The notes: generated by a model from the letters alone, not told the origin. Positions 16,530 to 24,935 are shown, counted from the stretch's first letter. The stretch is 41,732 bases of DNA from a virus (IMGVR_UViG_3300045988_038035:1-41732), one strand, 5' to 3'. Translations and numbers: made by a program.

Positions 16530-18533
16530 TTACATACCGGGCATGGCAGCGCTGCTGCCGGTTTCCATGTTTGGCTTGCTGCGCTCAGCGAGCTTCTGCA
16601 TGTAGGGGGTCTTTGCCCCTTGCGCGTCCGCGTTCCTGCTCTCGATGCCGCCGCTGCTGCCCGTCGGCTGCGATGTGCCGCCGCCCGGCGCCGCGCCGGG
16701 AGCGGCAGCGCCAAGGCCCATATCCTGCCCCGTGAGCTGACCGATGACCGCAAGCGCCTTTTGCAGCTGCTCGCTCTGCTGCTGCACCACGTTGTACAGC
16801 GTCGCGCCCTCGTTGACCTGGCTCTTGATCTTGTCGATGCCCTCAAAATCCATCATGTCGAGTGCGATCATGCTCTCCTGCGCCCTGTCGGGGGAGAAGA
16901 ACCCGAGCGAATACAACTCCTTTGCTCGCTCGTTCTGCTCTGCGCGGGAGAACGGATTCTTTTTCTGCGCCTTGATCTTGATGTCAAAGACCGGCCTGCG
17001 GAACAGCTCATTGCCGAGGCTGTCCACGCCCGTCACCTGATCGCCCAGCTCGTTCATGCCGATTTGCGCGTACTCGTAGGGCATCTCGTTCGTAATGCGG
17101 AAAGATCTCGTCGCGTCGTAGAACTGCCGCATGCGCTCAATACACATGCGCACGATCTTTGTCTGCGCGCGGTAGCCGCCAGCAATCATGTCACGGCTCG
17201 CCTTGTTGCCCGCTTCCTGCAATGCGCTGATCGCCGCTGCGGCTGTCGCGCCGGAGGACGTTCCACCGTTGGAAACGTCGCGGTTTGCGCTCGTTTCCTT
17301 CATCTCATCGATCTTCATCTGCACGATGTTGGCATAGATGCCGTCCAGCGGGCGCGTCACCACCTCGCGCAGGCGGTTGTCGTTGATCTCGCCCGACACA
17401 TGGATAATGGGTTTGCGCCAGTCAAGGAACTCCTGCTCGTTGATGTTCAGGCTCTCGCTTGCGAAATACCGGCGCTTGCTGCCCATCATCGACGTTTCGA
17501 GGATATTCCCCCACAGCTTGTCGATGTATAGCTGCGGATCCTTGGCGATGGCCGTATAGCCGAAGCCTGCGGGCGAGCCCCTCTCCGGAAAGAGCGTGTC
17601 GAACACAACCGGATATTCCCCGTCCGCGTAAAAGCCGTCCTCGGCGCATTCCGGGTCATTTTCGCTCGCGTAGATGATGTGCTCCTCATCGATAAACTTG
17701 ACGTAATGCAGCACCATGCGCCCGTTTACGTCCTTTTTGCGGTAGTACCAGTCCACCACGGCAACCTTGCCGCTCGTGTCGATGGAATCGTCATACTCAT
17801 ACTTTGCAAGCGACACGCTGCTGCCGCCGATCTTGCCCGCGAACTGCGGGTATTCCTCCTCGAGGATATCCTCATCGACAAGCGACACGGTAAACACGTT
17901 CCGGCTCTTCTGAATATCCTCAACGCCCGGTTCCCAGAAGATATTCAGCGGGTCGATACGCTCAATGGCAATGTCGCCAAGGCCGTTTTCCTTTTCCTTG
18001 TCCCAGAAAATGCCGTAGATCGCGACGCCGTGCTTGAGCTTTTCCCACCATTCGACGCTGTAGGTGTTGTCAAATTCATTGTATTCCATGATGACCGGCA
18101 GCACCGCCGAGAGCGTCTTTGCGCTTTCCTCGTCGCTCGGCTCGCGCGGCAGGCACACCGGCTCGGGGTAGTTGTCCATTGCGTCCGCGTGCTTGTTGGT
18201 GATGGAATTGAAAAGCCATGCGCTCACAGGCTCGGGCGCTTCTCCTGCGTCCTGCGTGCCGCGCCGAATGTCCTCCCAGTGCCGCAGCTTCCACCATTGC
18301 TCTTCGCTGATGATGCGGTTTTCGAAGTTGCTCTTGCCTCGCCGATACTTCTGCAGCGTCTCTACCGCCTCGCCGACCTCCTTGCTGCCGATGGCCGGGC
18401 CGCTGGTAAGCGTAACGTCGCTGTCCCGGAATGCGCCGACAAGCGGCGCGCCGCCCTTTGCCCCGAGCATTGCCGCCGTGCCCGCCGCATCCGCCTGCTG
18501 CTGCGTCTGCGGGTATCTTCTCATGTTTGCCAT
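16530..18533 (-). CDS. Portal protein
   Basis: 667 aa, immediately downstream of terL. SD AAGGGGGAAGG. Call is based on size and position. Confidence 0.8.
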   Translation of the reverse strand: MANMRRYPQTQQQADAAGTAAMLGAKGGAPLVGAFRDSDVTLTSGPAIGSKEVGEAVETLQKYRRGKSNFENRIISEEQWWKLRHWEDIRRGTQDAGEAPEPVSAWLFNSITNKHADAMDNYPEPVCLPREPSDEESAKTLSAVLPVIMEYNEFDNTYSVEWWEKLKHGVAIYGIFWDKEKENGLGDIAIERIDPLNIFWEPGVEDIQKSRNVFTVSLVDEDILEEEYPQFAGKIGGSSVSLAKYEYDDSIDTSGKVAVVDWYYRKKDVNGRMVLHYVKFIDEEHIIYASENDPECAEDGFYADGEYPVVFDTLFPERGSPAGFGYTAIAKDPQLYIDKLWGNILETSMMGSKRRYFASESLNINEQEFLDWRKPIIHVSGEINDNRLREVVTRPLDGIYANIVQMKIDEMKETSANRDVSNGGTSSGATAAAAISALQEAGNKASRDMIAGGYRAQTKIVRMCIERMRQFYDATRSFRITNEMPYEYAQIGMNELGDQVTGVDSLGNELFRRPVFDIKIKAQKKNPFSRAEQNERAKELYSLGFFSPDRAQESMIALDMMDFEGIDKIKSQVNEGATLYNVVQQQSEQLQKALAVIGQLTGQDMGLGAAAPGAAPGGGTSQPTGSSGGIESRNADAQGAKTPYMQKLAERSKPNMETGSSAAMPGM

Positions 18534-18545
18534 ATCCTTCCCCCT

Positions 18546-19976
18546 TTAGGTGTGTTGGAACCACGCATATCTGTCGTAGCTCTGCTTGTTGATGTCGAGT
18601 GGGTCGTATACGACCGGCTTCGGCGGCGTGTTCTTCCGCGCCGCGATGGGATTCTCCATGCACACATAGCGCGTCATGTCGTAGATGTGATCCTCCTGCT
18701 CGGTGTCCACGTCCTCAACGTGCTTTTCGTCGTAAACGAGGTTCGGCACCGTGCGGATAAAATTTTTGCAGGTGTCAAACACATACAGCATCGGGATCCC
18801 GTTCTCGTCAAATGCAAGCCGGTGGTGCAGCTGCATCTTTCCGTCGATTCGCGCATTGTCTCCGCGCTCGAAATAAACGCGCTCCCGCTCAAAGAGTGAG
18901 CCGATGCTTTCCGTTCCCTGCGTCCCCCAGATGGCGGGGTCGCCCACGCGGTAGATGTGTCTCCCCTTGAGATTCGGATCCTCTGCCTCGATGCGCTTGA
19001 TCTCCCGCGCTACCGCCGTCGGCTCCATTTTCACGCCCTCGTTCGGCGTGCCCGTGCAGCCGTAGTACTCCCCGATGTGATAGAGCCGCCTGTCCCCGTC
19101 AACCGCAAACCAGCCGATGGCAAAAGGCCGCGAATATCCCCAGTCCATCGCACACCAGATCGGCCACTCGCGCGGGATCTGGAACGGCGCGATGACGTGC
19201 GTGTTGATGCGGTCGCGGTAGTGATCGCTGTCGTTGCGCCACTCGGTAAACACCTGCCCCGAGAAAGTATCCCAATCGCCGTATAGCAGCGCGTTTTTTT
19301 CTGCTTCCGGCATGGCGGCAAGGCGTGTCAGATAGTTTTCATCGTTCTGCAGCAGGATTTTGTTGTCAAAAACCGTGCTCGGAACGAAGATCCTGCTCTT
19401 CATGCGGATTTCTTCGTGCCCGTCTGGAAAGCGCACGGTCGCCTCTTCCCGCACCGTCTGCATCGGTCGCGCCGCCGTGATAAAGCGCTCCTTGACCCAG
19501 CCATGCCCGATGCCGCCGGGGTTTGCCGTGCTGCGGATATACACCCGCGTCCCCGGCCCGTTCGGTCGGTTGCGGGAGAAAAGATAGCTGTACTCTTCCC
19601 ATGTAAAGTGCGTCAGCTCGTCGAATGCGATGAAGTCATACGCCTGACCCTGATACTTGATCTTGTCCTTTGCGTACTGCATCGAGCCGAAAATGATCTT
19701 TGCCCCGCTCGGAAATGTCCATGTGTGGTTGCTGCCGTTGTATCGTGCGCCCGGATAGATGCGCGGATAATAGTTGAGTGTCTTGTCGATCAGCTCGGCA
19801 AGCTGCGGGAAGGTCTTTCGTAGGATCAGCGCCTTATAATAGCGCACGTCCACCTGCCGCAGCGCCTCGATGACCAGGGCATCAGATTTTCCCCCGCCTA
19901 ACCTGCAGCACCGCCGTACAGAGCTTCGTCCTCCCAACGGGACATAAACAACGCCTGTTTCGGCTGTGGCGTCCAT
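18546..19976 (-). CDS. terL: Terminase large subunit, main body (frame-disrupted near the 5' end)
   Basis: Motifs GGGKSDAL, YDFIAFDELTHF, DWG, EDHIYD. The track ATG at 19976 has no SD and gives a non-canonical N-terminus. Confidence 0.9.
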   Translation of the reverse strand: MDATAETGVVYVPLGGRSSVRRCCRLGGGKSDALVIEALRQVDVRYYKALILRKTFPQLAELIDKTLNYYPRIYPGARYNGSNHTWTFPSGAKIIFGSMQYAKDKIKYQGQAYDFIAFDELTHFTWEEYSYLFSRNRPNGPGTRVYIRSTANPGGIGHGWVKERFITAARPMQTVREEATVRFPDGHEEIRMKSRIFVPSTVFDNKILLQNDENYLTRLAAMPEAEKNALLYGDWDTFSGQVFTEWRNDSDHYRDRINTHVIAPFQIPREWPIWCAMDWGYSRPFAIGWFAVDGDRRLYHIGEYYGCTGTPNEGVKMEPTAVAREIKRIEAEDPNLKGRHIYRVGDPAIWGTQGTESIGSLFERERVYFERGDNARIDGKMQLHHRLAFDENGIPMLYVFDTCKNFIRTVPNLVYDEKHVEDVDTEQEDHIYDMTRYVCMENPIAARKNTPPKPVVYDPLDINKQSYDRYAWFQHT

Positions 19977-19993
19977 ACGACGCTACGTGCCAC
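19898..19993 (-). CDS. terL: terL N-terminal segment in the neighbouring frame (MARSVVWTPQPKQALFMSRWEDEALYGGAAG-TAG)
   Basis: GTG at 19993 lies 8 nt after GGAGG and overlaps the terS end. The peptide carries the first half of the terminase Walker-A region. Confidence 0.6.
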   Translation of the reverse strand: MARSVVWTPQPKQALFMSRWEDEALYGGAAG

Positions 19994-20462
19994 TGTCATC
20001 ACCTCCCGCGTCCACAGGCTGCGGCAGCACCGCAGGAAGTTCCGCGACGCCGCACACATTTTCTGCCGCCTCTTCCGGTTTTTTCTCTTCCGCCGTCCAC
20101 CGGAAATTGTATTTCAGGCTGAATTCCGCGCCTCGCTGCCCGTCTCGGTCGAAGAGCCGTTCCTCTGCGTAAGCCTCGATGCGGGCCTTCGCGCGCGTAA
20201 CCGTGTCAACAAACCCTTTCTTCGCCTGATAGTTCAGCAGCGCCTGTCTGCTCGTAAATCCCAGTGCAAGCGCCAGCCCCGTCACCGTCGGCGGTCGCTG
20301 GTGAATGATAAACGGCTGCCCGTATTTGTCGAGGATCGGCATGCCGTCATCGCCGATAATCGGCTCGCCCTTGCAATCCTCAAAATATTGGTCAATGACG
20401 GCTTGCATTTCTTCGACCGTCGCATATTTGGGAGGGTGCCCATTTTTTGCCATGACCGTCAC
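19983..20462 (-). CDS. terS: Terminase small subunit
   Basis: KYATVEEMQAVIDQYFEDC...PPTVTGLALALGFTSRQALLNY is typical of a terS HTH. Start is either GTG 20462 or ATG 20453. Confidence 0.8.
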   Translation of the reverse strand: MTVMAKNGHPPKYATVEEMQAVIDQYFEDCKGEPIIGDDGMPILDKYGQPFIIHQRPPTVTGLALALGFTSRQALLNYQAKKGFVDTVTRAKARIEAYAEERLFDRDGQRGAEFSLKYNFRWTAEEKKPEEAAENVCGVAELPAVLPQPVDAGGDDSGT

Positions 20463-20568
20463 GCCCTTTCCCTATCTATTTTTTTGCTGCAGGCCCGCCC
20501 ACCCTCAGCCTATGTCTGACGCAGCATTTTTGCCCCGGCCCGGGAGGAAGCAGGTCGTCCTACCATCG

Positions 20569-20602
20569 ACGGTATCACGCGCTTTCCCACTTCTCACCAC
20601 GG
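20569..20602 (-). promoter_or_regulatory. Late promoter-like motif, site A: CCGTGGTGAGAA-N-TGATACCGT
   Basis: Located in the AT-rich leader upstream of terS. Confidence 0.5.
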
Positions 20603-20738
20603 GCGCATGAATTTTCTGCTTTTCTCTGCCTCTGCTTTGTATAGTTACATACACACAACATAGATACATGCTACGTATAGCACCCTCTCCCGAAAGAAAA
20701 GAAATATAAAAGAAAAGAAAGAGGTTCTCCCTCACTGT

Positions 20739-20775
20739 AAAAAGAGAAGCAGGGCTTTCGCCCTGCCTCTTTCTC
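20739..20775 (-). terminator. Rho-independent terminator ending the early operon
   Basis: GCAGGGC-GAAA-GCCCTGC followed by TTCTCTTTTT on the minus strand. Confidence 0.8.
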
Positions 20776-21120
20776 TTATAGATGCTGTTGCTCGTACTTC
20801 TTTGCCCATTCGCTCTCGACCTTCACGACCTTGCTGTCACCTCCGTATAGCAGTAGCTTCCAACTCACCGTGCCTCCATCTACCAGAAACATATCGTTGT
20901 CGAGCATCGCGCGTTCTACGCATCGCGCTGCCTGCTTCGCCAGCGCCCGCTTGGCCTCCTCCACGTCCTCAACGGAAGAGACGTAACTGCCATACACTTT
21001 ACAGTTTTCAGCACATGCATCAACCAAATCAAGGATCGTGTCCTCAGCAGTCTTTTCCTGCGCGTCCTCCACCATCTTCGCCATCTGGTCTTTGGTGTAC
21101 TTCTTCACATTGATGCTCAT
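20776..21120 (-). CDS. Hypothetical protein, 114 aa
   Basis: Track ORF. Confidence 0.7.
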   Translation of the reverse strand: MSINVKKYTKDQMAKMVEDAQEKTAEDTILDLVDACAENCKVYGSYVSSVEDVEEAKRALAKQAARCVERAMLDNDMFLVDGGTVSWKLLLYGGDSKVVKVESEWAKKYEQQHL

Positions 21121-21281
21121 AATTTGGCTCCTTTCATTCGTAGCTGTTCTTCCCGTCCCCGGTCGCTCACGATGCTCACGACCTTCACGTCGCCGTAGCG
21201 CTCGATGTCCATGGCGATGCGCTCCTTGATGCCCTGCGCGTCAGCGGCTGGGACGTTGGCTTTAATCGTGATCGTCAGCAT
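21117..21281 (-). CDS. Small protein, 54 aa (MLTITIKANVPAADAQGIKERIAMDIERYGDVKVVSIV...)
   Basis: Not in the track (under 60 aa). ATGA overlap with the downstream gene. High GC3. Confidence 0.55.
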   Translation of the reverse strand: MLTITIKANVPAADAQGIKERIAMDIERYGDVKVVSIVSDRGREEQLRMKGAKL

Positions 21282-21495
21282 TGTTGCCGTCCTTTCGTTT
21301 ACCCCTGCTGCAAAAGCCGTAAAATCCCATCACCTCAAGGTTAGTAGCTTCACCGCAGAAACCACAATATTTACAGTCCTTGCACCGCGTCACGACCTCC
21401 GGAAAGGCATTGCTGTCTCTCAGTCTTTTCGCCACGAAGGTTGCCCCGCAATTCTCCGCGAAGGCGGCGGCCGTATCAGCGTCGATTAAGCGCAT
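21262..21495 (-). CDS. Cys-rich small protein, 77 aa (start refined)
   Basis: SD GGAGGTGA precedes ATG 21495. Confidence 0.65.
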   Translation of the reverse strand: MRLIDADTAAAFAENCGATFVAKRLRDSNAFPEVVTRCKDCKYCGFCGEATNLEVMGFYGFCSRGKRKDGNNADDHD

Positions 21496-21778
21496 TGCTG
21501 TCACCTCCGTCCATCTTCTGCCCCTTCGCAAAGCCAAGAACCGTATCTAAAATCGCCTTGTCAATGTAAGATTGCAGCGCAACACGATTCTCAAAAACAA
21601 CCGGCATTTCTATGAGCGATTTGTCGTAAATGGTTGATTTTCTGACTATCCATTCGCCTTCCCAAAAGTCGATAGAATAACCGCTACTTTTTGCCGCCTC
21701 CATCTTTGCTGACTTTGCAGCACCAGTTTTCACAAAATAGCTTTCTCGCGTTACCCACGGGTTTTTGTATATCTTCAT
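21476..21778 (-). CDS. Hypothetical protein, 100 aa (start refined)
   Basis: ATGA overlap with the upstream stop. Confidence 0.6.
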   Translation of the reverse strand: MKIYKNPWVTRESYFVKTGAAKSAKMEAAKSSGYSIDFWEGEWIVRKSTIYDKSLIEMPVVFENRVALQSYIDKAILDTVLGFAKGQKMDGGDSNALNRR

Positions 21779-22035
21779 TCCGCACCGTCCATCTTCGCGC
21801 CGCAATCCTCGCAGTATTTTTTAGTAGGCTTATCCCAACTACCCTCAGTGGTGATGACAAAGCCGCACGCAGAGCAGCCCCACTCGTCCCCGCCAAAATG
21901 TATCCACCGCCCATGCACCACCGGGGCAACGTCAGCTGCGGGAATACTATCCGCAATCATAGCCGCCACGCTGCCCCACATTGGAATATCTTTCACCGCC
22001 TTGATAAACGTCTCCCGCTCAATGTATTCACCCAT
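21775..22035 (-). CDS. Hypothetical Zn-ribbon-like protein, 86 aa
   Basis: Track ORF with CSAC...CEDC pairs. Confidence 0.65.
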   Translation of the reverse strand: MGEYIERETFIKAVKDIPMWGSVAAMIADSIPAADVAPVVHGRWIHFGGDEWGCSACGFVITTEGSWDKPTKKYCEDCGAKMDGAE

Positions 22036-22037
22036 TG

Positions 22038-22334
22038 TCAGCCCTCCTGTTCCACGTATTCAAGCCGGCTCCGCAGCCGCCGGACCTTGTATGCCCTCTG
22101 CTCCTCCACCGCGTCCTCGACCTCAAACTCGATCGCCATCTGGTCGAGCATGATCCCGACGTCGGCGATCTCTTCGGCGATGTTGGCGAGCGTGTTTCCG
22201 TCCACGCGCCCGCGCAGGAATTTGCACAGCACGTCCTGCAACTCGGCCATTTCCTCAAAAACCATCATGATTTGCGCCTGTGCGCCGTAGCGGCTGAGCG
22301 CTGCACAGAATGTTTTGCGTTCCACGTCAGTCAT
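22038..22334 (-). CDS. MazG-like nucleotide pyrophosphohydrolase
   Basis: FEEMAELQDV...AEEIADV helical EExxE-type motifs. 98 aa. Confidence 0.6.
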   Translation of the reverse strand: MTDVERKTFCAALSRYGAQAQIMMVFEEMAELQDVLCKFLRGRVDGNTLANIAEEIADVGIMLDQMAIEFEVEDAVEEQRAYKVRRLRSRLEYVEQEG

Positions 22335-22840
22335 TTCTTCATCGCTTCCAATGCTTTCTTTTGGTGCTCATATTTATTGAGACTTACACGTTCAAAAAGA
22401 GCGCGTTCTGGCGGCCATCCGGCTCTCAGTCTATCATATAACGTATACGGGTTTATACCTAAAAAGTCAGCCCATTCATGCAATGTTTTTTCGGTATCTA
22501 TTACTTTAATTTTCACAGTCACTTCCAAATTGTTCGCCTGAGTTTTCCTGCCAACCCAACGGCAATTTTCTGGGCAATAACCCCCATTATTATCTATCCT
22601 GTCAATGGTAAGACCTTCTTTATACCCGTTCTCATTCGCCCACTTTTTAAACGCTAAAAAACTTTGCCAATCTTCGCATACCGAGATACCTCGGCCCCCG
22701 TATCGCTTATAATGCGTATCAGTCTTAAGGGAGCATCTCTTACGCATAGAACACCAGACGTTGTATAGTTTTGTTCCTTTTCCACCATGCTTATAGTTGC
22801 CATTATGCTCGCCAGCCTGACTTGCGCTACCATGCGGCAT
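22331..22840 (-). CDS. HNH/AP2-like DNA-binding protein (homing-endonuclease-like)
   Basis: LYNVWCSMRKRC...YGGRGISVCEDW...TIDRIDNNGGYCPENCRW. The gene is visibly AT-richer than its flanks. Confidence 0.6.
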   Translation of the reverse strand: MPHGSASQAGEHNGNYKHGGKGTKLYNVWCSMRKRCSLKTDTHYKRYGGRGISVCEDWQSFLAFKKWANENGYKEGLTIDRIDNNGGYCPENCRWVGRKTQANNLEVTVKIKVIDTEKTLHEWADFLGINPYTLYDRLRAGWPPERALFERVSLNKYEHQKKALEAMKK

Positions 22841-22841
22841 A

Positions 22842-23351
22842 TTACCCCTCCTTTGTTTTTAAGGCTTTCTCCGCCTCCTCGCGGGTGAGGAATACGGTCT
22901 TGCCGACATCTGCGCCATCATTACGCAGGCGATACGCGCAGAACCCGTCCGGCTTGCGATTGCACGTTGACATACACAGATTATCCTCATCCGTGCATAC
23001 CGTTCTGATGTCCGGCGCTTCAAGCGCCATTTCTCGTGGCACATTGTCTCGTCCGATTACCCATAGTTTTTCGCCCACCTTGCACGGCAGCACCACCACC
23101 CGCCCGTCCTTGTCGGCCTCGGCCAGGGCCCTTACACGGCTAATGCCACCGCACTCTCCGACGATAGTGCAAAGGTCGCTAAAGTCTTTAATCAGCGTGG
23201 ACACTTCTTCCGGCGTACGCCCCGTGTCCTCGTAGTCTTTCAGCCGCTCCCACACCTCCCGCTGGGAGCACTCGCCGTTATACGGGCACGGAATTTCTTT
23301 GCATTGCGCGATGTCGCAAAAGTTCCCCTCAAATGTCAGTCGTTCCATCAT
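22842..23351 (-). CDS. Hypothetical protein, 169 aa
   Basis: Track ORF. Confidence 0.7.
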   Translation of the reverse strand: MMERLTFEGNFCDIAQCKEIPCPYNGECSQREVWERLKDYEDTGRTPEEVSTLIKDFSDLCTIVGECGGISRVRALAEADKDGRVVVLPCKVGEKLWVIGRDNVPREMALEAPDIRTVCTDEDNLCMSTCNRKPDGFCAYRLRNDGADVGKTVFLTREEAEKALKTKEG

Positions 23352-23479
23352 TCCGCATCCCCTTTCAGTTCGTCATACAGCTCACTGAACCGCTTGTTCC
23401 ACTTCCTCAGTCCGAAGAAACAGTACACGCCCAACACGATCCACATCCCGCTGGCGAAGTTTTGCAAAATGTTTTCCAT
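23348..23479 (-). CDS. Small membrane protein, 43 aa
   Basis: MENILQNFASGMWIVLGVYCFFGL... Overlapping stop/starts on both sides. Confidence 0.5.
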   Translation of the reverse strand: MENILQNFASGMWIVLGVYCFFGLRKWNKRFSELYDELKGDAE

Positions 23480-23826
23480 CACTCCATCTCCTGCATCCAG
23501 AACTCGCGGCGGCAATCAGAGCACAACCGATCTGCACAATTCCCGTATCTGATCCTGCAATCAGCAGAAATGCGTTTTGGGCATACCATCAAGTACCCAT
23601 ATGTGTCAATTTCCGCCTCCGGCCACTGCTCCAGAAACACGCTCTGCCGCGTCTTTCGCGGGTGCTCCTTCGACCACTTCTCAACAGTAGCAATGATTTT
23701 CTCGTACTCTTCATCGGATGCGCTGGTGCCAAGGCCACATCCAGCTCTTTCAAGTGGGCAGCCCTCGCAATGCTTGCATAAGTTGCACATCCTTTTCCGT
23801 TCTCTCAAAAATTCTAACGCGTCCAT
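23479..23826 (-). CDS. Cys-rich hypothetical protein, 115 aa
   Basis: Track ORF. Confidence 0.7.
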   Translation of the reverse strand: MDALEFLRERKRMCNLCKHCEGCPLERAGCGLGTSASDEEYEKIIATVEKWSKEHPRKTRQSVFLEQWPEAEIDTYGYLMVCPKRISADCRIRYGNCADRLCSDCRREFWMQEME

Positions 23827-23836
23827 CTTTTACCTC

Positions 23837-24028
23837 CTAAAATTTAAAGCTCTCTCTGAGCTTATTCCCATTGATATCCGCCTCCGCCGTAAAGTAGCGG
23901 TGCGCCTCGTTGATGTAGACGACGCGCCCGTGCGCAGTCGTCTCTTTCGTGGTCACGCTCTTAATCCCGTTGCTGCCCTCAAATGCGGCAGGCTTCCAGC
24001 TAAATGGTTCGCCGATGTCCATGGTCAT
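23837..24028 (-). CDS. Hypothetical protein, 63 aa
   Basis: Track ORF. Confidence 0.6.
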   Translation of the reverse strand: MTMDIGEPFSWKPAAFEGSNGIKSVTTKETTAHGRVVYINEAHRYFTAEADINGNKLRESFKF

Positions 24029-24693
24029 TCCTCCCTAATGTCTCCGCCCCATTGCTCCGCCATAGCTTTGGCGATGCCGGGGAAGGTCTTTGCGCGGTTT
24101 TTCGCCCTATCCGTGGTAAACATGCCTTTATGCTGTTCCCCATGCTTATGGCTGTAGCTGCCGCTCGGGCACCATGTTGCTGTCGGCTCAACAATATTGG
24201 TCGGTTCCAACGGTTGGACACCACGTTCCCACAGCAAGGTTTTTTTGCTAAACGGGTGCCCATATTAATAGGGGTGTATGGCTTGGGTTGGCTCTGGATA
24301 CTCAAAGACTTTACTCGGCGTTGGATTCTCAATCACGACTTTTTCGCAGTCTGCTGCCCAAATAGCCAAAAACAGTGCTTTGCCGCATAGTCCCTCATAA
24401 TACCGCTTAATATTGAGTTTGCCGCCTTTGTATAAGTGCCGCGCTCCTGCGTTGCTTGTCTTAGTGCAGGGAGGGAAAGCAATAACCAAATCCCACTTGC
24501 CAACATCATGTGTCTGTCCGTCCATAGTGGTCACTTGCCCTCCCTCGATGGCCTTGAGCGCATCGCCTAAGATGTGCCACTCCGGATGCCCGCCAGACGG
24601 CTCCTGTAGGTCACAGGAATATGCCTCATGTCCCAATGCGCGGAACGCCTTGCAGCATTCCTGGGATTCCTCGCAGGCAAATAAAACATTCAT
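24025..24693 (-). pseudogene. DNA cytosine-C5 methyltransferase-like gene interrupted by an in-frame TAA (24265-24267)
   Basis: Track ORFs 24265..25146 (real start ATG 24693, MNVLFACEES) and 24025..24237 are in the same frame, separated only by TAA. Sequence reads ...IAFPPCTKTSNAG...ENP...QAIHPY*YGHPFSKKTLLWERGVQPLEPT... Confidence 0.55.
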
Positions 24694-24935
24694 CTTCTCC
24701 CCTCGCATTCCCCGAACATCTCCCGGAACGGCTTCCCCGTGATCTCTTCCAGCTTGAGCAGAAATTTCACGGTGCATTCGCAGTCGCCGAACGTCCACCG
24801 AATGATGGTCGACTGCGCAACGCCGCACTCTTTTGCCAACTGGATCTGCGACAAGTCCGTCTTTTCCAGCGCTTCTTTTAGCGCCGGATAGACGCAGCGC
24901 TCGAACGGTGTCTTTGCCCGATGCACTCTCAGCAT
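24690..24935 (-). CDS. HTH DNA-binding protein, 81 aa (start refined)
   Basis: SD GGGGAGGTG. Motif LSQIQLAKECGVAQSTIIRW. Confidence 0.65.
   Translation of the reverse strand: MLRVHRAKTPFERCVYPALKEALEKTDLSQIQLAKECGVAQSTIIRWTFGDCECTVKFLLKLEEITGKPFREMFGECEGRR

Noticed and set aside
10796-18899. Long plus-strand ORFs over the structural genes (10796..13357, 13590..15308, 16146..17531, 17679..18899)
   Set aside because: They are antisense shadows of the fibre, capsid, scaffold and portal genes. They have the same biased composition and no start context.
20505-20735. 76-aa minus-strand ORF in the terS leader
   Set aside because: It lies in an AT-rich, low-complexity region with no SD. It overlaps the promoter-like motif and terminator, so it is more likely non-coding leader or a pac region.
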